Below are positions 28,669-40,971 of a DNA stretch of 64,000 nt, in pieces. The notes beneath the pieces are model-generated. The model ran no database searches. It saw nothing but the letters and a program-made list of their open reading frames with translations, and was not told the origin of the DNA. Source of the DNA: Patellaria atrata CBS 101060 (taxonomy: Eukaryota); NCBI GenBank assembly GCA_010093705.1, contig MU006091.1:682001-746000 (forward strand), read 5' to 3'. The translations under genes and the position numbers were made by a program. How positions within the stretch are numbered: position 1 is the stretch's first letter; each line of letters begins with the position of its first letter.

Positions 28669-30171
28669 ATGGCAGCAAGCCAATTCCCTAGGTCGTGTCG
28701 CTCTGTGCCTGCGTTGTCCCGCTCCATTCTCTTACATGCGACCTCCCGTCGTAGTTTGTATTCACCGAGTGGAGCTCCTCCGAAATGGCGACCATCCTCC
28801 GCATTGGACGAGTTAGTGGACTCAATGCTTTTGTTCTCCAGTACATTGATTGACCATGCCGTAGATGGGTCCAGCGAGAGGCAAGGCCAATAAGTCTTCG
28901 CCAATTGACATTCTTTGGTAGAACGCTCACGGAATCCCGCCTGCTAAGCTCCGCGAACTATGTACGGACTGAACTTCCAACTCGGTAAGCGGTAGTGACA
29001 GGCAGCTATTGCACGCATTCCCTCTGATTGAAAGTCAGGATAGCTCACCGCTTGCGAGATATGCAAACTCTGCCCTACATCGTCGTCTCGAATTCCCATC
29101 TCTCGCATGTGTACGAGCTCTACTATAAAGCCTTCGAAAAGCTTCGACGTGTACCGGAAATCAGGACAATCGATGATAATGATAGATATTGCACTGTTGT
29201 ACAAGACACACTAAGAGAACATCTTACGGTTATCCCACAACTCGCAATGGGTGTCCTCGAGATTCAAGGATTAATGAAACCCGAAGACACGGACAAGTTT
29301 ATGAACACAATGCTGCGATCTGTATGTTGCGTATGAGCAAAATCTCGTAAAGCATCACTAACAGTCCATCACTCTGCAGCGCATATCCCGCAGGACAATC
29401 GCAGAGCAACACCTCGCTCTTACGGAGACATACCACTCACCTTGGCATTTCCCCGATGCAAAGGTGCAAGTGGACGCAAATTCAGATTTTGTTGGCGAGA
29501 TATTCCTACGTTGCAGCGCGAAGGAGATCGTCGAGAAATGTGCAACGGCAACTCAAGAATTGGTAAGAAAAGCATATGGCTCTGACACGCCTGTACCGGA
29601 AATTAAGATCCAAGGACACCTTGATGCCACATTCCCGTATATCGTGAGCCACTTAGAGTATATCGTGAGTGAATTGTTACGCAATTCATTCCAGGCAGTC
29701 ATTGAACATAATCATAAACGGCCCGAGCCACCTCCTATCGATGTACTGATCTGCGAAACGGCTCAACACGTCATTATAAGGATATCAGATGAAGGAGGAG
29801 GTGTTCCTCCAGAGATCTTACCATACCTTTGGTCTTTCAGTAAAGGTCCAAGGAGGCAACTACGGCTTGAGAACCTTAACAGGGTTCCAAGGATGGCTGC
29901 TACAATTCAAGATCTGAAAATTGGACCGAGGTCTTCTGACTGGAAAACTACCGGAAACGGCGACAGTTCCCTCAGTTCTCTAACAGCTAGGTCTCCAGAT
30001 CTACGTCTAGGTATTGGACTACCAATGAGCAGAATATATGCTGAGTACTGGGCTGGAAATCTCGAGGTTCACAGTTTGGAAGGCTACGGGGTAGATGCAT
30101 TCCTGCAAATTTCAAAATTGGGGAACAAGAACGAGACCCTTACAACTCGTGCAAGTATGGATGCGGTATGA
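28669..30171 (+). CDS. Mitochondrial pyruvate dehydrogenase / branched-chain ketoacid dehydrogenase kinase (Pkp2-like), 4 exons
   Basis: Presequence, RPISLRQL, ELPTRIAHRLRDMQ.LP, ELLRNS N-box, DEGGG, GIGLPMSRIYAEYW.G, EGYGVDAF. Confidence 0.9.
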
Positions 30172-30413
30172 TCTATTTGGCTCGCTACCGTGAGAGGCTA
30201 CTTCCACAATTCCCCTGCCTAGTTAAAATTGGAAGTCGAACTTACCAACGAACTGACCTTTCGACTCGAGACTCGGAACCCCAACTTCAATCCTCCCACA
30301 AATAATCTCATATAACAATCGAACACACCTCCAATAACAGCTTGTGCTCATACCGTGAATATCTGAGTACGGCACACAATCCTCGGGGCCTATTCATCTA
30401 TAGTCTTATCAAC

Positions 30414-32525
30414 ATGGCTAACGAATGCTCGGTAAGCACCCGTATTTCCCCTATCTGATCTCTCTATAATAAATAACTAATACGCCTCGCCGACGTAGAC
30501 TGCAAGCGAGAGGCTACAAAACTTATCGCTTACTCTTAGTGGGGTATCAATCCCAATTCGAAAGTCACATATAGATGTCTACATCCCTCAGTTTCGTTCT
30601 TATCCCAATAAGTTAAATGGCGAAGCTGCTTGGGATATTGTTGGTATCAGTACCGTCTGGAAGGGATTGAAAGCAGCGCAAGCTGAAGAGATCTTATTCT
30701 GGGAAGAGACGTTTAAGAAAACAGTGGAAAACTGCGTCTTGGAATGCCTTCTTGAAAAATGGAGAGATGATGAAGAACGTAAAGGTAACTGTACGTCGCA
30801 CCTTGCTCGGCACACCTCTGGAACCTCTGGATCTATTATATTCTCGTTATCCTTCCTGGTTGTACTCTACTAACAATATATGTGGTAGGTGGTGTTTCAA
30901 ATCCGTATATTAAGTTCCACGAATTTTTGAACTCGGTCGCAATTCTATCATTCGCAATCGATACGAACACTATAATCTCCCGAATGGTTGAACACTGGGA
31001 CCAGAATGGTAGGCAGCACATATTCTTTTCGACGACCGAGGACTTTCACCGCACACTTGTTAGCTTTCTCAATACACGGGAATGCTTTATTCCGTTTCAG
31101 GAAGGTAATCCTAGAGTGAGTGTTCGGGTATCTACAGAATGCGTCAATGGCACAAAGCTTAAAATCCATGGGCAACTCCTGTGGGTCCCTCCCTCAATTC
31201 AGTATGACAATCCGGTCCACAGCGTTTCCAGGGAGCAGAAGTACTATTTGGCACCGCGACTGGCGGAAACTCCTATCGACTCGTCCTGTGCCAAACTACC
31301 TACGAGGGTTGAACATGTCCTGCAATGTGGAATCATGACATTCGTCTGGGACGCAGAAAAGCAGGCGTTTCGGGGTACTCTGTCTCCGGATGCTGAAACA
31401 TCCTCATATGTCAATGTTAGATCGACAATGACTACGTTTTTCTCCCAAGAGGTCCATTATGAACGAGAGATACGTTCCAAAGTTGCTCTTCTATTAGCGG
31501 CCCGGTCCGCTCCGTGTCAAATTCAAACGCACCATCGCCCACAGACGTGGGAGTCTTGGCAAAAATGGATGGTAGCTCATTCTCATTCTCAGTCACCTGG
31601 ACCTCAGGCTCAATCATTACAACCCGATACTAAACCAATAATTCTAACGAAATCTGGACAATTACTGTCCAACTTGACGTACTCTCAAGCATTATCACCA
31701 TGCTTCGATGGTAAACCACTCCGTAAGCAAGCGTACTCTCAGTGCCCCGAAATCCCATATTCGGAAGTCTTATGCAAGGAAATCTCACTCCCTGAAATCC
31801 AATCGCCGATTCTTCAATTTCACGTACTACTTGAGGATGCACCTGCCACCTCAAAGTCTGTGCATATCAGCGAAAGCAACTCATCTAAGTCAGCGGGAAA
31901 GAGGCCTGTGTCAAGCTTCTCTAATCCACACAGAGACGCTACTCCAGACTATCCAGCAGACGATGAGGGCTCTAGCGCCTCAAGTTCATCTGTTCTACAC
32001 GAGCCCAGATGTTCACGGTCGATCTCGAATCAATCAGCTGCATCATGCTTGAAACGTGTTGACTCTTGTCACAATGAAGTGAGCGATGCTGAATGGGAGG
32101 AGTGCATGGATAACTTTATCTCAACGCTCGATTTTTCAAACGAAACATCCACCTCAGTGTCCGTTGAGTTAGTAAAGTCATTCATAAGCGCCTTTGCCGA
32201 AGATCATGCCAAAAAGGACATGGTCAGACAGATGGAAAACTTCTCCACTATCGCAAAAAGACGGCTAAGCTCAATGGATGGTCTGTGTCTGTATCTGTCC
32301 GCCGGTAGTGACACTGGACTTGACGAAGTTCAGCGGCAAATGCAGGCATATTACGAGAATCTACCATCGAGGCCATCGGCGCACAGGTTCGACAGTTCGG
32401 AAGTGCATGCGTTTGAGCGTATATTCTTAGAAGCTCCCGATTCTGATGATGAATCGAGCGATTGGGACGTTAGCTGGGCTGAATATGGATTGGAGCATAT
32501 CGAGGATATCGCCCTTTGGCAGTAA
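30414..32525 (+). CDS. Hypothetical protein, 3 predicted exons (30414-30431, 30499-30784, 30889-32525)
   Basis: MANECS|GTAAGC...CTAAT...TAG joins an open frame through WRDDEERK and then the 547-codon ORF. No recognised family. Confidence 0.65.
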
Positions 32526-32898
32526 ACGACGGGATGCTACTTGTACAGTAAATGCGTGGAATTATTACACTTGTGAATAAGGTAAGGATGTATTCCGTAA
32601 GGTAGCAGAAATACCTTACATAGCTTTAATACATATTGTCTAACCTACAACGGTACCTTTTGTGGCTCGTGTGTGTAGTTGTTACACAGTAAGGTACAGG
32701 CTCGCTGACGCGTTCCTGAATTGGGAGCTAGGGCTCCTTTGGCCTCGTACTAAACTCAACGTCATTTAGCACCAGCCAGGCAACATTAGCTCTCTATCGT
32801 AGTGAAAACTACCTTCTACACCAGCTTTCCAAAACTTTATGAAGAAATAAACACCCTTCTATTATCATCAAGTTCATTTGCGAACTTTCTCAGTCAAA

Positions 32899-33316
32899 AT
32901 GCTCAGCGCTATCCTTCTTATCATCATCACCATTTTCTGTACGTACCGTCTCGCGCTTATTGCGCCATGTGTCAAGCCCCCATACTTCTAGCCTCGCTGT
33001 CTAACATAAGAATTCAACAGTCCCACCCATCGGTGTCTGGGCCGTCGCTGACTGCGGTGCGGATCTTCTCATCAACATCGCCCTCACAATCCTTGGGTAC
33101 GCAGCGCCTTTCGATGAATGTGCAAGCATAATACTGATGAAGGCAAATAGATACTTCCCTGGCCACGTCCACGCTTTCTACATCGAGTACGTCTATTATA
33201 AGCGCAAGGAGGAGAGTCGCGAAGGTATCTTCGACAACACCCCGGCACCCGGAGTGTACAGTTCGAATGTGCAGACTGGTGGCCGTGGGTATGGGACTAT
33301 TGCGCAGGCGGCGTAA
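32899..33316 (+). CDS. Pmp3/Sna-family proteolipid membrane potential modulator, 3 exons
   Basis: Spliced MLSAILLIIITIFFPPIGVWAVADCGADLLINIALTILGYFPGHVHAFYIEYVYY... Absent from the ORF track. Confidence 0.9.
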
Positions 33317-35072
33317 GGAAGAGCACATGGAATCTGGGAGATATAGGATACAAACATGATTCATGGTGGATCCACGTCTAATACCTAAATTCAAATATGT
33401 GTTAGCGGGTTGAACTTCGACTCTTCAATTATGGATGGCTCTTGGAGTTCGTTCATGATTGGTACCGTTATCTATCTCGACGGATTTGAGGATTATTCAA
33501 ACGGTGAAAATCTGAAAAAAAAAAAAAATGAAAAAAAATGAAAAAAAAAGTACAAAATTACCCGGTTCATCATTCTCACTTCCAAATAGATTCCCTTTCC
33601 AGGAGAACCACCGTATCTCGAATACTAATCTTGACTAGCCAAACTACGGTGAATCTTAACCCTGCATTTGCTGCATTAGTAAGTGAAAGTTCACTTTTCT
33701 GAGACTCACTACATAGAAAATAATTATGTTTCAATGAAGCTATCCATCATATTTGTCTTAAATCTATCGAAAAGCCGAATTACGTAGTAGAAAAGAGATC
33801 ATTGTTTTTTTTTCCAACTTTCCCACAATATCCTTTATACGCCTATCAGACTAAGTCCCGGTCTTGAACTTGTTCATTAGCAAGAAGTTTACGTAATGCT
33901 CCAGCCCACTTCGAACCGAAACGTGAGTCGGAAGCTACAGCGTTCGCGTAAATGGGGCTCCTACTCTAAAAACCGAAGACAGTCCCTCCTTGTACCCTTC
34001 GAACACCTCTACCTTTTCCGACACGGGGTGGTCGTCGTTTCGAACATGTTGTTTCGAGTTACCGAGTTGGACAGCTTGCCGGAGGCTTGATTCCATACGA
34101 TCGATATACTCACTCCATGGCCGACCTGGTCTTATGGAGGTCTTTCTCAGAAAAACCATTACCCACGCGTGTCCTCCTGTCGGCTCCGATATGGAGCTTT
34201 GTTCCATAGTATTTCCGCTAGCAACGTGTTCAGTGTTCTCTCGGACTGACTACCTTATGCGTGAACAAACACATGAGTAGGCCCACCAGGACCGCTGCAT
34301 GGGTTACGTTTGTGATGACTTTCGTCTTAATCCTCTCCATGAAGCAGGACTGTTCGATTACTCACCTTTTCCGGAAGGGCTAATATGACCCTTAGGATAT
34401 TCTACATACTTCAAACTTGAGCGACGTTCCGAGAACGAGACTGCGGCAGAAGTAGAAAAATTCTGGAATCGGTTCAAGCGCATAGCTGAACGTTTCGGTC
34501 TGACAGACCATCTTCCCAATCATACCAAGATGATGAATGAGACTTGCTAAGATCCCAATGATTCATAGCATCTCTTCAGGAGCAATAGATCATATTCTTC
34601 TTGTCCACAGCCTAAATCTCGAGCATCAATTGAGCCCTGCAGAGTTGGGAGCTGTGTTTGTCATTGGGAGTAGTAAGCTGTATAGGTAGGGAATCTGTAG
34701 CACTTGTACTCGTTGTTCTGATAATACGCTACAACGGCATTGCCATTATAGAAAAGGGATTGCACTTAGAACATGCCCCATCTTTTCTGGAAGTAGGTAG
34801 GGGATATACTAAATAGGTATACTGCATTATGTACGAAATATCGGTCAATGGTAGCTTAGGTATGGGCAATACGTTGTATTGCTGCACACTACAAACTGGT
34901 CGGATGCTGACGCAGTAATATAATCTCGGGAACAGATGTGTTTCCCTCGAAACCCTGTAATTGCAGTTCGGCTTACGATGTGGGGTGTGGGGTAAGAGTT
35001 ACTATACCTGAGCAACTACCGATATTTGTTTATCGGCCTGTACAGTACGGTACATCTGTACAACACCATAAG

Positions 35073-35078
35073 CCGAGG
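35073..35078. promoter_or_regulatory. CCGAGG (FarA/FarB-type) motif upstream of acetoacetyl-CoA synthetase
   Basis: Single hexamer about 195 bp upstream of the ATG. It could occur by chance. Confidence 0.3.
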
Positions 35079-35269
35079 CACATTGAGTCCGAATTCAACG
35101 TCAAGAAAGATAATTGTGGTGCGGCTAACTATACGTTGTCATCGAACTGTTCGAGACTGCTGTATTCTGTAACTAGATTTCTCAATCTTGTTTCTGTGTG
35201 ATATATTCACGGGTATTTCACTGTTTACAGTTTGCAAGTATAGAGGATACAAAAATTGAGAATCTAATC

Positions 35270-37891
35270 ATGGGCGATGCGTATGGATTGCACACCCCGC
35301 GGAAGATATGGGAACATCCCAATCCCAAGGGTACAAGCATGTGGAAATTCATCGAGAGTGTTAACCGAAGGAGAGGTTTAAACTTGAAGGTAATCACACC
35401 CCATTGTCGATTTTTAAGATACAGTATGACTTGGATCATGCTAATACATACGATGAACAGGGCTATCGTGATTTGTACGCATGGTCTGTCGGTGACAACC
35501 GAGTGGATTTCTGGAACGATGTATGGAAAGGGGTCGTTGGACTGATATATGAGGGAAGTTATGATCAGGTCAGTTTTATTTCTCTTAGAGATATAGTATA
35601 CTATAAAGAAGAGTGTCTATAAGAGCTAGGACAAGTCGTTGGAATCTTTATCTGGCCTCCTTCTCCATACGTCAAAAACGACCTATCAAACCGGAATACC
35701 AGTCATCTTCATCCCATTCTCTCCGTCAACCTCATCTCACAACCCTTAGGTCGTCGACCCCAACGCCCGCATGGACTCCATTCCACACTGGTTCCGCGGC
35801 GTCCGTCTCAACTTCGCCGAAAACATCCTCTACTCGCAATCCTCGCCTTCGGACCCCTCAACCCGCAGCACCGCAGGCAAAGAGGACTCCAAGATCGTAC
35901 TCACAGCCGTCCGCGAAGGTGGCGAGTTCCTCCGACAAGTAACGTGGGGCGAGCTCCGGCGCCGCGTGGGTATCCTCGCCAACGCACTCAAAGCCCGCGG
36001 TGTTAGGAAGGGTGATCGCGTGGCTATCGTCGCTAGCAATAGCGTGGATACACTGTGTGTTTTTATGGCGACGACGGCGCTGGGAGGCCTGTTTACGAGC
36101 AGTAGTACGGATATGGGGACGAAAGGGGTGTTGGATCGTCTGCTTCAGATCCGGCCGAAGTTCGTTTTTGTGGATGACTGGGCGGTTTATAATGGTAAGA
36201 CCACGGATCTGCGGAAGAAGGTGGCGGGGATTGCGAGGGGTCTGAAAGATGTGGAGGAGTTTCAGGGGATGGTGGTGCAGCCGAGATTCGACAAAGCTGC
36301 AGATATCGCCATGGTGCCGAGAGCGGAGACGCTGGAGAAGTTTGTGGAGGCCGCGGGTGGGAAGAATAAGATCCCCTTCGAGAGGGTAGAGTTCAGAGAT
36401 CCGTTTCTGGTGGTTTACTCAAGTGGGACAACGGGCACTCCTAAGTGTATTGTGCATTCTACGGGTGGTGTACTCCTAAGTTCGAAGAAAGAGGGTATAT
36501 TACACAAGGATCTTGGACCGGATACGGTTGCAATGCAGTTTACTACGGTAAGAGTAGACCCCTTCCTCCGACAGATATCTGATGAACATTGCTAACATGC
36601 GAGCGGCAAGACCGGATGGATCATGTACATGGCTAGTATCGTAACTCTACTCCACGGAGCTCGAGTCGTGATGTACGATGGCTCACCATTCTATCCAGAC
36701 CTCAAATTCTTCATCTCACTAGCGGCCCAACAAAAGTAAGGATAAGACCTCCCCCAAATCCTTTAATCCTATAACTATCTAACCTCAACGAACTCCCAGA
36801 GTAACAATCTTCGGGATCTCTCCACGCTACCTCCACGAGCTCCAGAAGAACAACATCTCCCCGCGAGAAATCTGCAACCTCAGCTCCTTCCGCACGGTAA
36901 CGAGCACCGGCATGGTTCTCTCCGACGCCCTCTTCGAGTGGTTCTACGACACCGGCTTCCCGAAACACGTCCAGCTCGCCAACATCTCCGGCGGTACCGA
37001 CATCGCAGGATGCTTCGGCATGGAGAACCCACTCGAGCCCGTTTACGTCGGCGGCACCATGGGCCCAAGTCTCGGCATCAAAGTCGAAGTATACGACCAG
37101 ATGATAGAAGGCGGCAAAGGGGTGAAAGGGAGAGCAGTCGAGGACGGCGTTCCGGGAGAGCTAGTCGCGTAAGTACCACTACCACCTAGAGCCCCTAATG
37201 TTCGAAGTCTCCGGCTGATGGAGAAACAGAACCAAGTCCTTCCCAAACATGCCCGTCTTCTTTTGGGGCGACAACGACGGCTCCCGCTACCACGGCGCCT
37301 ACTTCGCCCGCTTCGACAACGTCTGGACCCACGGCGACTTCGTCATGCACGATCCGCCCACCAAGCGTCTCCTCTTCCTCGGCCGCGCCGACGGCGTGCT
37401 CAACCCGTCCGGCGTCCGCTTCGGCTCCGCGGAGGTCTACAGCGTCATCGAGACGAACTTTGCCGACGCCGTCCAGGACAGCGTCTGCGTGGGACGACGG
37501 CGGCCGAACGATCTGGACGAGGTCGTCATGCTGTTCCTGCTCATGCAGCCGGGGAAGAGCTTTTCGAAGATGTTGGTCAGGCGGGTTAAGGAGATGATTG
37601 GGAAGGAGTTGAGTAAGAGACATGTGCCTAAGTTTGTGTTTGAGACGAGGGAGATTCCGGTATGTTCGTCTAAGATCTTTTGATGGGAGGTTTAAAATGT
37701 GACTGATTTTGGATGTATAGACGACTGTTAATTTGAAGAAAGTCGAGTTGCCGGTTAAGCAGATCGTGTCGGGGCAGAGGATCAAGCCGTCGGGCACGCT
37801 CGCGAATCCGGAGAGCTTGGAGTATTATTACCAGTTTGCGAAGGTCGAGGATGAGGGTTACGTTCCTGTGTTCGCGAAGAGTAGGTTGTAG
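35270..37891 (+). CDS. Acetoacetyl-CoA synthetase (AMP-forming ligase), multi-exon, ends in -SRL
   Basis: WFRGVRLNFAEN, YSSGTTGTPKCIVH, ISGGTDIAGCF, VWTHGDF, GRADGVLNPSGVRFGSAE, NLKKVELPVKQI. Confidence 0.93.
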
Positions 37892-38180
37892 TTATAGACG
37901 CTGAGAAGGAGGGATACGGGTACGTAGTATTCAGACCTGAAGCTTGAAAATGAAACTGGAACTCATGGAATTATATTGCTCGTGATCTTTTATCGATTTC
38001 TCTCCTTATCTGAATCATATAGATGTATTGGGATGTCGAGGAATCGGTACGGCAAGAGTTGTCCAGACTCTATCTAATTCTTACATAGCAGACCTGAGAA
38101 CTGAGATCTGAGAACTTCACCAAGAGGACTAAAAACCCCATCTCCCTTACCCCCCTCCGCCCCCCACCTTCACTCCGCCA

Positions 38181-40092
38181 TCATATCCCCAACCCATCAA
38201 GCCGCGGTAACCACCGCACAGTCCCCACAAGCGCAACCCCCAACGCAACCAAAATCGCCCACACAAGATACCCGCCCAGAATCTGTTCTCGAACACTGAG
38301 CGCGAAGAGACTAGTCGCCAAAGAGGGTGCAACGGTGCGAACGCCGCTGTTCGCCGCGAGCGCGAGCGCGTTGAGCGTCCCCAGGGTCTGCGGACTGGGA
38401 CTGATGTCGTTGAGGGCGAGTTGGACGGCGGCTTTATCGCCCCTCCTCGTTAGTCTGGGGGTTTCGAAAGGCGCAGAGGGGGGCAACGAAATAAGGGATA
38501 AGGGATAGGAAACAAGGCACACATACTAAACGCCATACTGACGCCACTGCCCACCGCAAGCGCCGGGAGGACCACACACCACGCCGCGACATCCAACCGA
38601 TGCCTCAACAGGACGCTGCCGAGGGGCGCGGCGAGGAAGAAGAGCGGCCAGGCGGCGGCGCAGAGGCGCAGGACACCGCCGGTGCCGAGGCGGTGTTGGA
38701 GCGGCGGGAAGATCAGGAGTAGCCAGAGCGCTTGCGAGAGGCCCGAGAGACACATTAGGAGGGATATTTGTTTGGGCGTGAGGCCGTAGCCGCCGAGGGG
38801 GATTGCGGTGAACCACATTACAGGGACGACTTGGGTGTGTTAGTCACTTTTCCGAGAATCTTGGGGATTTGAACGGTGCAAGTCTGATGACATCTTGTTG
38901 CGAGCGTACGACGAGGAAGGTGTGCTCTACAAGGGTAAGGAAGAGAGGCTTGGTTGGGTGTGATACGTACCTGCAGTGTAGAACATGGCAAGTATCATGA
39001 CATGCGAATAGATGAATATGACAGGTTTGACGCCTTCAAACTGCAAGAGCTCCATCGTGGATATCGTCTTTGATTTCGACGATCCCTGTCTGAACTCTGG
39101 ATCGAGAGTCTAGAAAGTCTGTCAATAGTGAACCTTCAATATCGTCAGTCAACCATCTCACCTCCTTAAGGTAAATTGCATTCACGAGAGCGGAGATGGC
39201 CGTCATAACTCCCGTGAAAAGCGTAGGTAGTGCGTAAGGGTATTCCTTCAATAAGCCGATGTTGCCGAATATTCTCGGATATTGTTTCGCCGGTTCTTCC
39301 AATACACCACCTAGAGTATATTAGCTGGATGGTACTATCACATCGATAGTATGATATACCAATGACAGGCCCAAGCATGATCCCCAGATTCCCAGCAAAT
39401 GCAAAGAAACCGAAGGCCCTAGCCTGCGTCTTCGGCGTGCTATTCTCCGAAATCATAGCTCGGATCGTCCTGTCCGTTCAATTAGGGGAGCATATATTCA
39501 AACAGAAGAGGTGGATTCTTACACGATGGTACCTCCAAACATTCCAGCAAGACACCTACAAACAATCATCTGCCATACCCTCTTACTGAACCCGAACAAC
39601 GCCATGGAAATTGCAGCACCGCACAGGGAGAAAAGTAAAACAGGTTTTCTCCCAAGTCGATCCGCAGCCCGACCCCAGAATATCATGAGCAGCGTTCCAG
39701 CTAACGAAAACAAGGATTCCTACAGTTCAGTTAGTCTCATTCCTAAGCTCTGTGACTTTAAATTACAAACTCACAATCAACCCGCTATAAAACCCAACAT
39801 CCACCTCTCTAACCCCCGTTTCAAATATCATTTGATTTATATACGGGAAGATACAGAAGAACGAAATCGGCTCTACTACTCTCGAATAGCACAACAGCGC
39901 GATCTGCAATTTAGGAAGCAGTCTATCCAGATCATCGTCCTTCGCAGTGGTGCCATTATGATTAAAAATCTCTTCCTCATTCGCAGGAGCATCGTCAGCG
40001 TTTGAGGCTAGGAGTGGTGAATTCTCATCAAGCGCGGAGTGGCCATTTTCACTTGGAGTATTTTTCCTTATTGGTTCGTTCCTTGGTGCCAT
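38181..40092 (-). CDS. Major facilitator superfamily transporter (DHA1-like), multi-exon
   Basis: WGRAADRLGRKPVL motif A, QARAFGFF..GNLGIMLGPVIG, YPYALP, and multiple TM segments. Confidence 0.9.
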
Positions 40093-40971
40093 GGTATATA
40101 TTCACGGAAAGTAGCGATGAAGAACGACTGTGAAATTTTCACGGCGACCATGGAGATGCCTAAGTGCGAATTTTCTTTTCCCTTATAGCCGTATAGATAG
40201 TTAATAATAGACTATTCACCGGTTGTAAGTCTTGACCGCTACTTCAGCTCTGTAACTGGTTGCCTTTGGGTGCTTAGTTTGACAGGTCAAATCGACGTGG
40301 TTATATAGTCACTGGGCCTGTATAGCTGTATCGGACGTCTCACCTAGTAATGAACGTATCCTACAGTGATTCAGTTAACATATTCTTTTACCTCCGCACC
40401 CTTTGTTTACGCTGTAATTTCTTTATAGAGACGGCAGGGAGAACCGGAAGAGATGGAGCAGGCGGCCTTAAGGAAGCAAGGTACAACCCTCACAGATGAA
40501 AAACACAGACTATACAAGTAAATTGGCAATTGTAAAAATTTGACTCACTTAATAATTGAAAGAATATACTGGGAAAAACCCATAAGGAAATAAAATAAGC
40601 TTCTGCCTTAAGCTTAAGCTGATTAAACGGGCACTATTGTGTTGTGTATAGGGCTTAGTAATGGTCTTGATTGCGGCACCCTTCACCGTGATTGGTCCCC
40701 ATATTCTTTACTTTGCTCAATGTTCAAAGTGTTGCATGATATTGAAGATGGCTGCTAATAGCCAACCTCCAAGGAGGTTATATGTACAGAAAAGTTTCAA
40801 AGTTTTGCATCCACGCATCGGCAATTCCCAGTAGCTTCTAGCCCCCTATCCTACTGTAATCCTAACGCAAATATTCCTATCGCATTAGGTATTTGCCAAA
40901 CAAGCACCCCGTCAAACATCTCATCATTCAGACATCGGTTCTAATACTGGAACCTGGAAGGTGATTGTTTT

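Noticed and set aside
33515..33549. Poly(A)-rich tract (also 43663-43687 and 22426-22440 poly-T)
   Set aside because: Simple homopolymers with no target-site duplication or retroelement body visible.
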